DNA from: Lachnospiraceae bacterium
Lineage (GTDB): Bacteria; Bacillota; Clostridia; Lachnospirales; Lachnospiraceae
DNA: 64,000 bases
Assembly (NCBI GenBank): GCA_015057615.1
Contig: SVEA01000031.1
Location: 11,432-75,431, forward strand
Reading direction: 5' to 3'
The number at the start of each line of letters is the position of its first letter. Position 1 is the first letter of the stretch. This document shows, in pieces, positions 19,360 through 29,982 of this stretch. A model generated the notes under the pieces. It was given only the letters and a program-made list of their open reading frames with translations, did not search any database and was not told where the DNA came from. The translations under genes and the position numbers were made by a program.

Positions 19360-20445
19360 ATGAACTGTTGTGTAAGATGCTTTAATGATGCCGAAATTAT
19401 TGACATTATTAAAAACAAAAAAACTAAAGGGAATTGCGATTTTTGCGGAAGTAAAAATGTGTATGTATATCATCTTGATAGTGATTCTGTATTATCCGAT
19501 ATGTTTGGCGAATTGTTGGACATATATACTGCTGTATCTGGTCTTCCCAATACTTTTCCAAAAGAAAATATGGATTTACTAAAAAATATTTTTTATAGCA
19601 AATGGTCGATTTTCAACTTAGAACCAGATTGCATTTATCGTTTGATTACTTCCATTTGCCACGAAAAATATTCTGATCAACCTGAATTATTTGATAATCC
19701 TGTAGGAATATTAGAAAGTCAAAACAAAGATTATCTAGATGAGTTTTCTGTTATTAGAGGTTACCAATGGGAGGACTTTACTGAGGCTATAAAGTGTGTA
19801 AACAGATTTCACACGGATTATATCAATAAGAATGTGTTGGATTTGTTTATCCGCTGTGTTCAAAAGCCTTATAAAGCAGGTAAAACCTTTTATAGGGCGC
19901 GTATATGCACAGATGAAAGAGGTTTCCCTAAAACTGAAATGGGGGCGCCACCCATGCAACTTGCATCAGCGGGGCGTGTAAATCCTATTGGGATAAGTGT
20001 ATTGTATTTAGCTGATTCAATCCCAACAACGCTGCATGAAATACGCGCTGGTGTTTTCGATTATATTACTGTTGGCAGCTTTAAGCTGAAAAAGAATATT
20101 GAAATAATTGATTTTACCAATTTAAACAGAATAAGTCCATTCATCGCAAATAATGTTATGGGCATCCCCTATGTCCAACATGCAATTAATATTGAACATT
20201 TAAAATTAATTAGCCAAGAGATTGCCAAACCATTAAGACGCCATGATAGCACATTAGATTACTTACCGACACAGTATATTAGTGACTATATAAAAAGCGA
20301 AGATTATGATGGTGTTGAATATATTAGTACAATGTGCAAAGATGGTTATAATCTGGCTGTTTTTGATGAAAGTGTTTTTAAATGTACTAAAACAAAGGTG
20401 TATGATATAAAATCTTTATCTTATACATATGATTTGATAAATTAA
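19360..20445 (+). CDS. RES-domain protein (putative NAD+ phosphorylase/ART-fold toxin) with N-terminal Zn-ribbon
   Basis: CCVRC...CDFC; FYRAR, AGRVNPIGISVLYLAD, HEIR, YLPTQYISDY, YDGVEYIS, GYNLAVF; 1 bp after upstream stop. Confidence 0.85.
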   Translation: MNCCVRCFNDAEIIDIIKNKKTKGNCDFCGSKNVYVYHLDSDSVLSDMFGELLDIYTAVSGLPNTFPKENMDLLKNIFYSKWSIFNLEPDCIYRLITSICHEKYSDQPELFDNPVGILESQNKDYLDEFSVIRGYQWEDFTEAIKCVNRFHTDYINKNVLDLFIRCVQKPYKAGKTFYRARICTDERGFPKTEMGAPPMQLASAGRVNPIGISVLYLADSIPTTLHEIRAGVFDYITVGSFKLKKNIEIIDFTNLNRISPFIANNVMGIPYVQHAINIEHLKLISQEIAKPLRRHDSTLDYLPTQYISDYIKSEDYDGVEYISTMCKDGYNLAVFDESVFKCTKTKVYDIKSLSYTYDLIN

Positions 20446-20460
20446 GATACATTATCGCGT

Positions 20461-20484
20461 GGCAGGAGAAATCCTGCCGTTTTT
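20461..20484 (+). terminator. Intrinsic terminator of island operon
   Basis: GGCAGGA-GAAA-TCCTGCC followed by GTTTTT. Confidence 0.8.
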
Positions 20485-20890
20485 AGTAGGGACTTTTTAA
20501 AAAAGTTATATCGGTGAATTACAATTGCTTCTAGTACTTACATAGAAAAATATTTTAATATATAAAACATTCCAATTATAAGCAAATAGCAAAAAAATTC
20601 CGAAGGCCAGACTTTCCTAAGCATTAATCCATTTCATGGATTTAATTCTTTAACTTCCAGCTATTGATTTGACATAAAAACTCTTTCTGTTTCGGATGGT
20701 AAAATTTGTTTTATAGAAATAGTAATATTTATTTTCCAATTTACAATGAATAGCTAAGAAAATATATTTTAGTTGAAAAAGTAGGATATTAAGGGTATAC
20801 TTGTAATGGTATATATTTGTGTATGTAGACATTTATATACAGAGACTTTTGTATATAGAAGACATTTGTAATGGTAGATTCTTGGCATGA

Positions 20891-22045
<1,155 letters not shown>

Positions 22046-22093
22046 ATGCGAATAACATTGAATTATAGAAAACATTTTTAGGAGGAATTATAA

Positions 22094-22435
22094 ATGAGTA
22101 ATTTTATTCTTTTAGCAGATGCTGCGGCAGCAGAACAGGGTTCAACTACCGGAGGCGTGATAATGATTATAGTGCAGGTAGCAATTCTTGGACTTTTGCT
22201 TTATTTTATGATGATCCGTCCGCAGAAGAAGCAGCAGAAACAGCTGGAAGCACTGCTTTCGACTCTGGCAGCAGGGGATAGCGTATTAACGACGAGCGGT
22301 TTCTATGGTGTGGTTATCGATGTAATGGAGGATGTCGTGATCGTTGAGTTTGGTAACAACAAGAATTGTAGAATTCCCATGAAGAAGTCTGCTATTGTTG
22401 AGCTTGAGAAGCCCAATGCAGAGAAAAACGCATAA
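22094..22435 (+). CDS. yajC: Preprotein translocase subunit YajC
   Basis: Single TM then IRPQKKQQK...GDSVLTTSGFYG; follows tgt. Confidence 0.93.
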   Translation: MSNFILLADAAAAEQGSTTGGVIMIIVQVAILGLLLYFMMIRPQKKQQKQLEALLSTLAAGDSVLTTSGFYGVVIDVMEDVVIVEFGNNKNCRIPMKKSAIVELEKPNAEKNA

Positions 22436-22502
22436 ATAATACAATATTATAGAAATGATGCTAAGAGTGCATAAGCCATCTTAAATTTTTTATTGCTTTG
22501 TA

Positions 22503-22544
22503 CAAATTGAAGAAGCTGATTTGCTAGGAAGGCTTTTGACTCTC
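22503..22544 (-). repeat. Family B repeat, solo right-end fragment
   Basis: CAAATTGAAGAAGCTGATTTGCTAGGAAGGCTTTTGACTCTC is a degenerate reverse complement of 9919-9962. Confidence 0.6.
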
Positions 22545-22564
22545 GAATTATTCATATCGTATAT

Positions 22565-22621
22565 AAATATCCGTAAGAAATTGATATTAGAAACCAGAAT
22601 ATCAGTTGCTTACGGATATTT
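22565..22621. terminator. Long hairpin, probable bidirectional terminator
   Basis: 24-bp arms AAATATCCGTAAGAAATTGATATT / AATATCAGTTGCTTACGGATATTT, 9-nt loop, between convergent yajC and spoVFB. Confidence 0.65.
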
Positions 22622-22999
22622 TTTAATCCTATTTACGCTCCTTGTCTATATAACTTATGTGACTACTCATAGCATCCTATTTTAGAGGAAAGCAAAAACT
22701 TGGATAGGGAAGGGAAAGGTTAATTAAAGTCAGAACGAGGAAGAAATCCGTCCGCAATGATTACGATAAATAGATATCGAAAATGAGATACAGAAAAAAG
22801 TCATATATAAAATACGTATATAATAGGAAAGAACTCTGACGAAAGGTGGTAAATATGGATGAATTATGCAGTAAATATATGCGGTTAAAGGTTATGTGAT
22901 GAACTTAACGCTTACGGATATGTACTCAAACGATACAGGCGGCTCCGGATCAATCCGAAACTTCTGTAAGTTTGAGGGGGAGATATTACCTGCCGGGGC

Positions 23000-23587
23000 T
23001 TACCTGGGGGCTTTCATTATTGGCTGTAACTGCCTTCCTTCCAGTGCTTCCTTGGCAGTCGGAAGAATTAAATCAAAATGAGCAACCATGGAGTGCGGTT
23101 TCTTTTGGTAATTATCCTGCCCGAACGGTACAAAATAGAAGTCCTTTGCATTTAGTAAAAGTCCGATGTTTTTTAGATTGGCACCGAGGGCATCGTTGGT
23201 TGCGATTGCTAAGACGACCGGCTTGACATTTCGCAGGTGGCCTTTCACTGTCATAAGCACGGGGGAGTCGGTAATACCGTTCGCCAGCTTTGCAAGCGTA
23301 TTCCCCGTGCAGGGAGCTACAATGACAATATCCAGAAATCCTTTGGGACCAAACGGTTCGGCATCGGCGATTGTCGTTACCGGATCGATTCCCGTCAGCT
23401 CTTTTGCTTTTTTCAGAAAGTCCTTTGCTTTCCCGAAGCGGCTGTCGGTCTTCTTTGCCCGGTCAGAAAAAATCGGGTATACCTTGGCTCCTTCTTTTAT
23501 TAGCTTCTCCATTTCTTTAAATACATCTTCATAAGTGCAAAATGATCCGGTGAGGGCGAAGCCCACATTTTTACCTTCTAGGGTCAT
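23000..23587 (-). CDS. spoVFB: Dipicolinate synthase subunit B
   Basis: GFALTGSFCT, APCTGNTLAKLANGITD, ATNDALG, VPFGQD. Confidence 0.95.
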   Translation of the reverse strand: MTLEGKNVGFALTGSFCTYEDVFKEMEKLIKEGAKVYPIFSDRAKKTDSRFGKAKDFLKKAKELTGIDPVTTIADAEPFGPKGFLDIVIVAPCTGNTLAKLANGITDSPVLMTVKGHLRNVKPVVLAIATNDALGANLKNIGLLLNAKDFYFVPFGQDNYQKKPHSMVAHFDLILPTAKEALEGRQLQPIMKAPR

Positions 23588-23591
23588 TTAA

Positions 23592-24464
23592 TCACTTCTC
23601 TCTTTTAAGATATGCAAGAATTTCAGTAACAAGAATGTTGGCGGATGCTCTGGCTGCTATTTTTCCCGGAAGGCCGAGGCACAGCTTGGCATTAATATCA
23701 TGGCTTTTTGCATAATTAAAGTCAACTCCGCCGGGAGCGGAAGCAATATCGATTATGGTAACGGACGGATCTACAAGCTCCAGGCAGTCCCGGTCAAGGA
23801 TCGGGGCGGGAATGGTATTAAAGATAAAAACGAAGGAAGGCAGGATGCATTTTAAATTCTCTATAAGAACGGTTCCGTGGCCGGCTGCTTCGGCGTCAGC
23901 CAAAGCTTTTTTAGAACGGGCAGCGACTGTGACACGTGCATCCAAGCCTTTCAGCTTCTGGGCAAGAACTTTTGCACATCGGCCGTATCCGAGTACCAGG
24001 CAATTGCTGTCATGGAGATTGCGGTCACTGGAGGCAATGGCTTCCATAATGGTACCTTCCGCAGTTGCGATGGCATTTTTTATGGTAATTACTTCATCCA
24101 GCATCAGATCATAAAATGGAATCTGCTTGGAATTACAAAGCTCCAGTAAAGGCGCGGGAATATTCCCTCCGATGAGAATATGATGGCTTTTTAAAAGATA
24201 AGCCACATGAGCAATCGTAAGATCAGAGGCTTCATTATTTGCCGTGATGGTAATCTGATCCCTGGTCATTGGTATCGGGCCGATCAATACGCTGCTCCTT
24301 TCAAATAAATCATGTAAGGTTAGGACTGTGCTGCAATTTTCGTGGGTTACCGTTTTAGCAAGACCATAGACAGCCACCTTGCAGCCCTTCTGCAGGAAGG
24401 CTTCTGTCATGTAGACCTGGCGGAGATCACCGCCAAAAATACCATAATCAAATTGACTCGACAT
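23592..24464 (-). CDS. spoVFA: Dipicolinate synthase subunit A
   Basis: GGDLRQ, NAIATAEG, GYGRC, IDIASAPGGVDF, LGLPGK; start MSSQFD after AAAGGAGTG (ORF-track extension to 24635 runs into a MITE). Confidence 0.93.
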   Translation of the reverse strand: MSSQFDYGIFGGDLRQVYMTEAFLQKGCKVAVYGLAKTVTHENCSTVLTLHDLFERSSVLIGPIPMTRDQITITANNEASDLTIAHVAYLLKSHHILIGGNIPAPLLELCNSKQIPFYDLMLDEVITIKNAIATAEGTIMEAIASSDRNLHDSNCLVLGYGRCAKVLAQKLKGLDARVTVAARSKKALADAEAAGHGTVLIENLKCILPSFVFIFNTIPAPILDRDCLELVDPSVTIIDIASAPGGVDFNYAKSHDINAKLCLGLPGKIAARASANILVTEILAYLKREK

Positions 24465-24485
24465 ACGCTTCACTCCTTTACCCCA

Positions 24486-24514
24486 TATTATATGTTTCAT
24501 ACAGCATATCTGTG
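24486..24514 (-). promoter_or_regulatory. Sigma-K-type promoter of spoVFAB
   Basis: Minus strand CACA-16-CATATAATA, matching AC-N16/17-CATAnnnTA; spoVF is sigma-K dependent in B. subtilis. Confidence 0.7.
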
Positions 24515-24563
24515 CCTGCATCATCCATCGCAACAGGTTGTATCTTATCGGCTTCCATCTTAT

Positions 24564-24735
24564 GTTACGGTTCACACATGGGCAAAGTCTATAATATGAT
24601 TTCGCCAAATGATATCCGACAAGGAGTATTTGCATTCGTTGGTACTTTGGCTCCGTATTTTGGAGCCCTATGTACCATTACGTAATGCAATTAAGCGAAA
24701 GCGTCTCCGATTCGGATACATTTGATGAAATTATA
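24564..24735 (+). mobile_element. Family A MITE, right end missing
   Basis: Starts GTTACGGTTCAC; colinear with 47624-47795, then diverges. Confidence 0.8.
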
Positions 24736-24828
24736 TTAAGTAATATATGGTAAAACTATATCAGTTTAAAGCTTTAAAGGGAAATGAATTTATCACTGCA
24801 ATACAATAAAATTTTTTGCTTTAATGTA

Positions 24829-24857
24829 TTGACTTATCATTTTTTTTGTTATATTAT
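24829..24857 (+). promoter_or_regulatory. Putative sigma-A promoter of oppA
   Basis: TTGACT-17-TATTAT. Confidence 0.5.
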
Positions 24858-24969
24858 ATTACTCATAATTAAGATATACTAAGGAAGTATACATAACGTA
24901 CTTCCTTTTTATATATCAGAAAGCAGGTCGAATCGAGTTTGCTTGTATAGAAAAAAGGAGGAGAATTTT

Positions 24970-26661
24970 ATGAAAGCTAAGAAACTGATTGCCGTTCTTT
25001 TGGTTTTAGCAATGTCAGTAATGATGTTTACTGCATGCGGTTCCAAAGATGACGGTAACAAAGGCAATGCTGAGAATGGTACTTCTGGTAATGCCGACAA
25101 TGAAAAAGAAACAGAAAATAAAGAGTCCTTATATCCGGGAACTTCTGGGGAGAATGAGATCACGGTTAATATTTCAACCGAACCGCCGGAAATGTTTACC
25201 GTAACAACGACGGACTCGACATCATTTTCTATAATCCGTCACGTGATGGAGAACCTGGTTATGCTGGATCCTGACAATCAGCCGATACCTGGTGTTGCAA
25301 AAGACTGGAAGGTAAGTGATGACCAGTTAACCTATAATTTCTATCTTCGTGAGGATATGAAATGGACCAATGGCGAACCGGTTACCGCTCATGACTTTGT
25401 ATTTGCTTGGAAGTGCCTGTTAAATCAGGAATTTGCTTCCGATTATGCATACTTTGGTTATATATTTAAGAATGGTGAGAAATACTACAATGGTGAAGTT
25501 GGCGAAGACGAGCTGGGCTTTAAAGCAGTTTCCGATTATGAATTAGAGATCACTCTAGAGAATCCTACCACATACTTCGTTTCTACATTAGCATTTGGTG
25601 TATTCGCACCGCTGAATGAGAAGGCTTACAATGAAATCGGTACCGCTTATGGTACGGACGCAGATAAGATGGTATACAATGGTGCATATAAGATGACTTC
25701 CTGGGAACATGAGAACAAGGTCGTTCTTGAGAAGAATCCGGATTATTGGAACGCGGATCAGATATCCCTTGAGAAGATCAATATGGTTATGATCAAAGAT
25801 GCCAATGCTGCACTGAACGCTTACAAAGCTGGTGAAGTGGATATGGTTGGTTTAAATGGTGAGCAGGTTGAGCTGATGAAGTCAGAGGGAGAACCAATCT
25901 ATACCTATGATGATGGTGCTGTTTCCTACTTAGAGTTCAACTTAAATGATCCGTTCTTACAGAATAAGAATCTTCGTAAGGCATTGGCTTATGCGGTAGA
26001 TAAGCAGGCTTTCGTTACTGCAATCTTAAAGAATAATTCACAGCCGGCTACTTCCTTTACCGCACCTGCAGTCGATGGTTTAAATGACAAATTTGCGAAG
26101 GAAGTCGGCGAATTGGTTCCAGCCTTTGATCCGGAAAAGGCAAAGGAATACTATGCGACAGCTCTGGATGAGCTTGGTGTTGATACAGTTGACCTTACCT
26201 TAATTGCAGACGATACGGATGCCGCAGTCGAAAATGCAGCATTTGTTCAGGAGCAGTTAAGAGTGAACCTTGGTATTGATATTAAGGTGGAGAATATGCC
26301 GTTCAAATCCAGACTTAAGAGAATGTCCACCAAAGACTTCTCTATGGTATTCGCTCTTTGGGGTCCGGATTACAACGATCCTATGACCTACCTTGATATG
26401 TTTGAGACTGGTAATGGGAATAACCATACAAGCTTTACCAGTGAAGATTACGATGAACTGCTGGGTAAGATTCGTGCAGAACTGGATCCGACTACCCGTA
26501 TGGGATATTTAGTAGAGCTTGAAAAGCTGTTAATGGATGAGCTGCCGATCGCTCCAATCTACTGGAGATCCAGAGATTATGTAACCAGCGGCAAGATCGA
26601 TTCTGGTGTAGTAAGAAATGCATTCCAGGATATGAACTTCAAAGATGTGAAATTAAAGTAA
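24970..26661 (+). CDS. oppA: Oligopeptide ABC transporter substrate-binding lipoprotein
   Basis: Lipobox FTA-C; WTNGEPVTAHDF, NGAYKM, WGPDYNDP, PIAPIY. Confidence 0.93.
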   Translation: MKAKKLIAVLLVLAMSVMMFTACGSKDDGNKGNAENGTSGNADNEKETENKESLYPGTSGENEITVNISTEPPEMFTVTTTDSTSFSIIRHVMENLVMLDPDNQPIPGVAKDWKVSDDQLTYNFYLREDMKWTNGEPVTAHDFVFAWKCLLNQEFASDYAYFGYIFKNGEKYYNGEVGEDELGFKAVSDYELEITLENPTTYFVSTLAFGVFAPLNEKAYNEIGTAYGTDADKMVYNGAYKMTSWEHENKVVLEKNPDYWNADQISLEKINMVMIKDANAALNAYKAGEVDMVGLNGEQVELMKSEGEPIYTYDDGAVSYLEFNLNDPFLQNKNLRKALAYAVDKQAFVTAILKNNSQPATSFTAPAVDGLNDKFAKEVGELVPAFDPEKAKEYYATALDELGVDTVDLTLIADDTDAAVENAAFVQEQLRVNLGIDIKVENMPFKSRLKRMSTKDFSMVFALWGPDYNDPMTYLDMFETGNGNNHTSFTSEDYDELLGKIRAELDPTTRMGYLVELEKLLMDELPIAPIYWRSRDYVTSGKIDSGVVRNAFQDMNFKDVKLK

Positions 26662-26676
26662 TAATTTAAAATTAAG

Positions 26677-26754
26677 TTCAACTGAAAACACGCAAGGCGT
26701 GTTTTTAGTTGAATTAATGCAGGATTAGTGCGGGCTGTGACTGCAACCCGCACT
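26677..26754 (+). terminator. Two tandem hairpins after oppA
   Basis: TTCAACTGAAAACACGC/GCGTGTTTTTAGTTGAA and AGTGCGGG/CCCGCACT followed by TCCCTTTT. Confidence 0.7.
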
Positions 26755-27070
26755 TCCCTTTTGTTTGGAGATAAAAAAATACAATATATTACATAAATTT
26801 CAAGAAAAAAACGCGGGACATTTGCAGTATTTTGTTGTATAATAGAAAAGCAATTGTATATTTGGGGCGGACATGATACCGAATTAGAATTGTCATCCTA
26901 TATTACTTTGTTTGGGAATCGCTGTAATTGCTGTAATAAATGAATGAATTGCATTTGCATGATGGTATCTTTTAAAAAGTAATATAGGATATCAATTCTG
27001 ACGCAGGTATCGCATAGAGCACCCGATGCGAAAGAATATTATTTATGTAAAAAAGAAAGGAGGAGTGCAT

Positions 27071-28015
27071 GTGATTAAGTATGTTGGGAAGCGATTATTC
27101 TATGCGATATTAACGATACTTACTCTGACAGTATTAACATTCTTCATGATGCGTATGTTACCGGGTGATCCTTTTATCGGAAATAAAGCAATACCGGAAG
27201 TAACCATGGAGGCACTCAATAGAAAATATGGTTTGGATAAACCGGTTTTAGAGCAATTGATTATATATATATCGAATGCGTTTAGGGGAGATTTAGGTGT
27301 TTCGATCAAGTATAATCGTCCTGTAACAGATATCATTTCACAAGCATTTCCGTATTCGTTTGAGTTAGGAATTCGAGCACTTATATTTGCTACTATTATG
27401 GGTGTGCTGCTCGGTATTGTTGCTGCTGTAAAGCGGGGTACCAAGTGGGACAGCCTTGCAATGTTTTTTGCAATTGTTGGTGTATCCGTACCAAACTTTA
27501 TTATCGGATCACTTTTGCAGTACCTGTTAGGTTTAAAATTATATCAGTGGACCGGAGTTAAGTTCTTCCCGATCACGGGATGGGGCTCGGTTGCAAGTAA
27601 ATTGATCCCTTCCTTTGCGTTAAGTTTCAGTTCGTTAGCTACTATTTCAAGATTAATGAGAACAAGTATGCTTGATGTTTTGGGTCAAGATTATATAAAG
27701 ACAGCAAAATCCAAGGGACTTTCTCAGAAAAAGATTATCTGGAAACATGCAGTACGTAATGCAATTATGCCGGTTATTACCGTTTTGGGACCGATCGCAG
27801 CATCCGTTCTTACCGGTGCATTTGTTGTTGAGAATATATTCTCCATACCTGGTATGGGTAGGTTCTTTGTTATGAGTATTCAGGATCAGGACTATACAAT
27901 GATTTCAGGAATTACCTTGTTCTATGGCATATTCCTTGTTGCTGCGAATCTGATGGTCGACCTCGCCTATGGGTTCATTGATCCCCGTGTTAAATTAACG
28001 GAAGGAAGGGAGTGA
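27071..28015 (+). CDS. oppB: Oligopeptide ABC permease
   Basis: LPGDP, DYIKTAKSKGLS, KHAVRNA; GTG after AGGAG. Confidence 0.93.
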   Translation: MIKYVGKRLFYAILTILTLTVLTFFMMRMLPGDPFIGNKAIPEVTMEALNRKYGLDKPVLEQLIIYISNAFRGDLGVSIKYNRPVTDIISQAFPYSFELGIRALIFATIMGVLLGIVAAVKRGTKWDSLAMFFAIVGVSVPNFIIGSLLQYLLGLKLYQWTGVKFFPITGWGSVASKLIPSFALSFSSLATISRLMRTSMLDVLGQDYIKTAKSKGLSQKKIIWKHAVRNAIMPVITVLGPIAASVLTGAFVVENIFSIPGMGRFFVMSIQDQDYTMISGITLFYGIFLVAANLMVDLAYGFIDPRVKLTEGRE

Positions 28016-28019
28016 CACA

Positions 28020-28973
28020 ATGGACAAGACGATAAAAGAAAAGATTGATAAAAGCCGTTTTGAATGGGTCGGTGCAAACGTTAATGAAAGTGAAAGTATA
28101 ACAAGACCTACCACAAGCTATTGGAAGGATGCGATGCACCGATTATCCAAGAATAAAGCTGCTATGATTAGCTTGTGTATTATTATCCTTATTTTGTTAT
28201 TAGCAATTGTAGTTCCGGCGGTATCCCCTTATACCATCAGTGAACAGCATTATGCACATACCAGTGAGGGAATTGGATTTAAGGATCCAGATGACGGGCA
28301 TCTGCATATCTTTGGTACGGATAAATTAGGCCGTGATATATTTACCAGAGTATGGTCCGGAGCAAGAATTTCTCTGGTCATTTCCTTTACCGCAGTATTT
28401 GTAAATGTGATTATCGGTATCATCTACGGAGGTATTTCCGGATATCTTGGGGGAGCTGTAGATAACATTATGATGCGGTTAATTGAGATTATTAATGGTA
28501 TTCCCTATTTGATTATCGTTATTTTGTTAATGATGGTATTGGAGCCCGGTGTTAAGACCATGATTATTGCTTATGCAGCCGTCGGCTGGACCAGTATGGC
28601 AAGATTGGTACGTGGTCAGGTTATGAGTTTAAAGCAGCAGGATTATGTTGTCGCAGCAAAAGTAATGGGTGCGAAGCCAGGCAGAATCATTTTTAAACAT
28701 TTAATTCCGAATACCTTAAGTGTTGTTATTGTAAATATTACACTGGCAATTCCAAGTGCTATCTTTACAGAATCTTTCTTAAGCTATATTGGACTTGGTG
28801 TACAAATCCCGATCGCCAGCTGGGGAACATTAGCGAACGATGGTAGTAAAGTGTTCCAGATGTATCCGTCACAATTAGTTATTCCGGCAATCTGTATCAG
28901 TTTAACGATGCTGTCCTTTAACTTGCTGGGTGATGGCCTACGTGACTCTCTGGATCCTAAGTTAAGGAGGTAA
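28020..28973 (+). CDS. oppC: Oligopeptide ABC permease
   Basis: FGTDKLGRD, GARISL, ESFLSYIGLG, GDGLRDSLDP. Confidence 0.93.
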   Translation: MDKTIKEKIDKSRFEWVGANVNESESITRPTTSYWKDAMHRLSKNKAAMISLCIIILILLLAIVVPAVSPYTISEQHYAHTSEGIGFKDPDDGHLHIFGTDKLGRDIFTRVWSGARISLVISFTAVFVNVIIGIIYGGISGYLGGAVDNIMMRLIEIINGIPYLIIVILLMMVLEPGVKTMIIAYAAVGWTSMARLVRGQVMSLKQQDYVVAAKVMGAKPGRIIFKHLIPNTLSVVIVNITLAIPSAIFTESFLSYIGLGVQIPIASWGTLANDGSKVFQMYPSQLVIPAICISLTMLSFNLLGDGLRDSLDPKLRR

Positions 28974-28977
28974 TGGG

Positions 28978-29982
28978 ATGAGTAAAGTACTAGAAGTAAA
29001 AGACTTACGTGTATCCTTCGATACTTATGCCGGTGAGGTTCAGGCTGTCCGCGGTGTCAGCTTTGAGTTAGAGGAAGGCGAAGTTCTGGCGATTGTTGGC
29101 GAGAGTGGCTGCGGTAAGAGTGTAACCGCTCAGACAATCATGAAGCTTAACCCGATGCCTCCGGCAAGAATTAAAAGTGGAGAGATCATATTAAATAATA
29201 GAGATATTGTGCATGCAACGGAGAAACAGATGCGGCAGATCCGCGGAAAAGATGTAAGTATGATTTTCCAAGATCCGATGACCTGCCTTAACCCTACGAT
29301 GCAGATCGGAAAACAATTGGTTGAGGCAATCAAGAATCACCAGAAGCTTTCCAAAGAGGAAGCAATGAAGGAAGCAATTCGTTTGCTAAATCTGGTTAAA
29401 ATACCGAATCCGGAGCAGAGAATTAAACAGTACCCGCATGAGTTTTCCGGCGGTATGCGGCAAAGAGTTATGATAGCGATGGCACTTTCCTGTGCCCCGA
29501 AGCTATTGATCGCAGATGAGCCGACGACTGCGCTGGACGTTACGATTCAGGCGCAGATCATGGAACTTCTTCAGGAGATTAAGGAGAAGACCAATACAGC
29601 AATCATTCTGATTACGCATGACCTTGGTGTCGTAGCTAGTATGGCAGACCGTGTAGCAGTTATGTATGCTGGTAAGGTTGTAGAGACAGGAACGGCGAAG
29701 GACATCTTCTATAATCCTTCCCATCCTTATACGAAGGCATTACTTAAGAGTCTTCCGACAACGGATATGGATCGAAGCGTCCGCCTGGTATCGATTGCCG
29801 GGACGCCTCCGGATCTGTTAAATCCTCCGGTTGGGTGCGGTTTTGCAAGTAGATGCGAAAATTGCATGAAAATATGTCATGAGGAACAGCCGGAACAATT
29901 TGAGGTTGCCAAGAATCATGCTGCCTCCTGTTGGTTATTACATGAGGACTGTCTAGGTGCACAGGTCGGAGGTGATAAATAG
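28978..29982 (+). CDS. oppD: Oligopeptide ABC ATPase
   Basis: GESGCGKS, HEFSGGMRQR, DEPT, C-terminal Cys cluster. Confidence 0.95.
   Translation: MSKVLEVKDLRVSFDTYAGEVQAVRGVSFELEEGEVLAIVGESGCGKSVTAQTIMKLNPMPPARIKSGEIILNNRDIVHATEKQMRQIRGKDVSMIFQDPMTCLNPTMQIGKQLVEAIKNHQKLSKEEAMKEAIRLLNLVKIPNPEQRIKQYPHEFSGGMRQRVMIAMALSCAPKLLIADEPTTALDVTIQAQIMELLQEIKEKTNTAIILITHDLGVVASMADRVAVMYAGKVVETGTAKDIFYNPSHPYTKALLKSLPTTDMDRSVRLVSIAGTPPDLLNPPVGCGFASRCENCMKICHEEQPEQFEVAKNHAASCWLLHEDCLGAQVGGDK

Noticed and set aside
22855-22967. Frameshifted small gene (MDELCSKYMRLK / LCDELNAYGYVLKRYRRLRINPKLL) after AAAGGTGG
   Set aside because: Needs an assumed frameshift and resembles no family I know; too weak without a tBLASTn search.
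24465-24635. N-terminal extension of spoVFA in the ORF track
   Set aside because: Crosses the sigma-K promoter and a MITE; the true start has a good RBS at 24464.
26795-26812. CodY box before oppB
   Set aside because: Four mismatches to AATTTTCWGAAAATT in AT-rich DNA; chance level.
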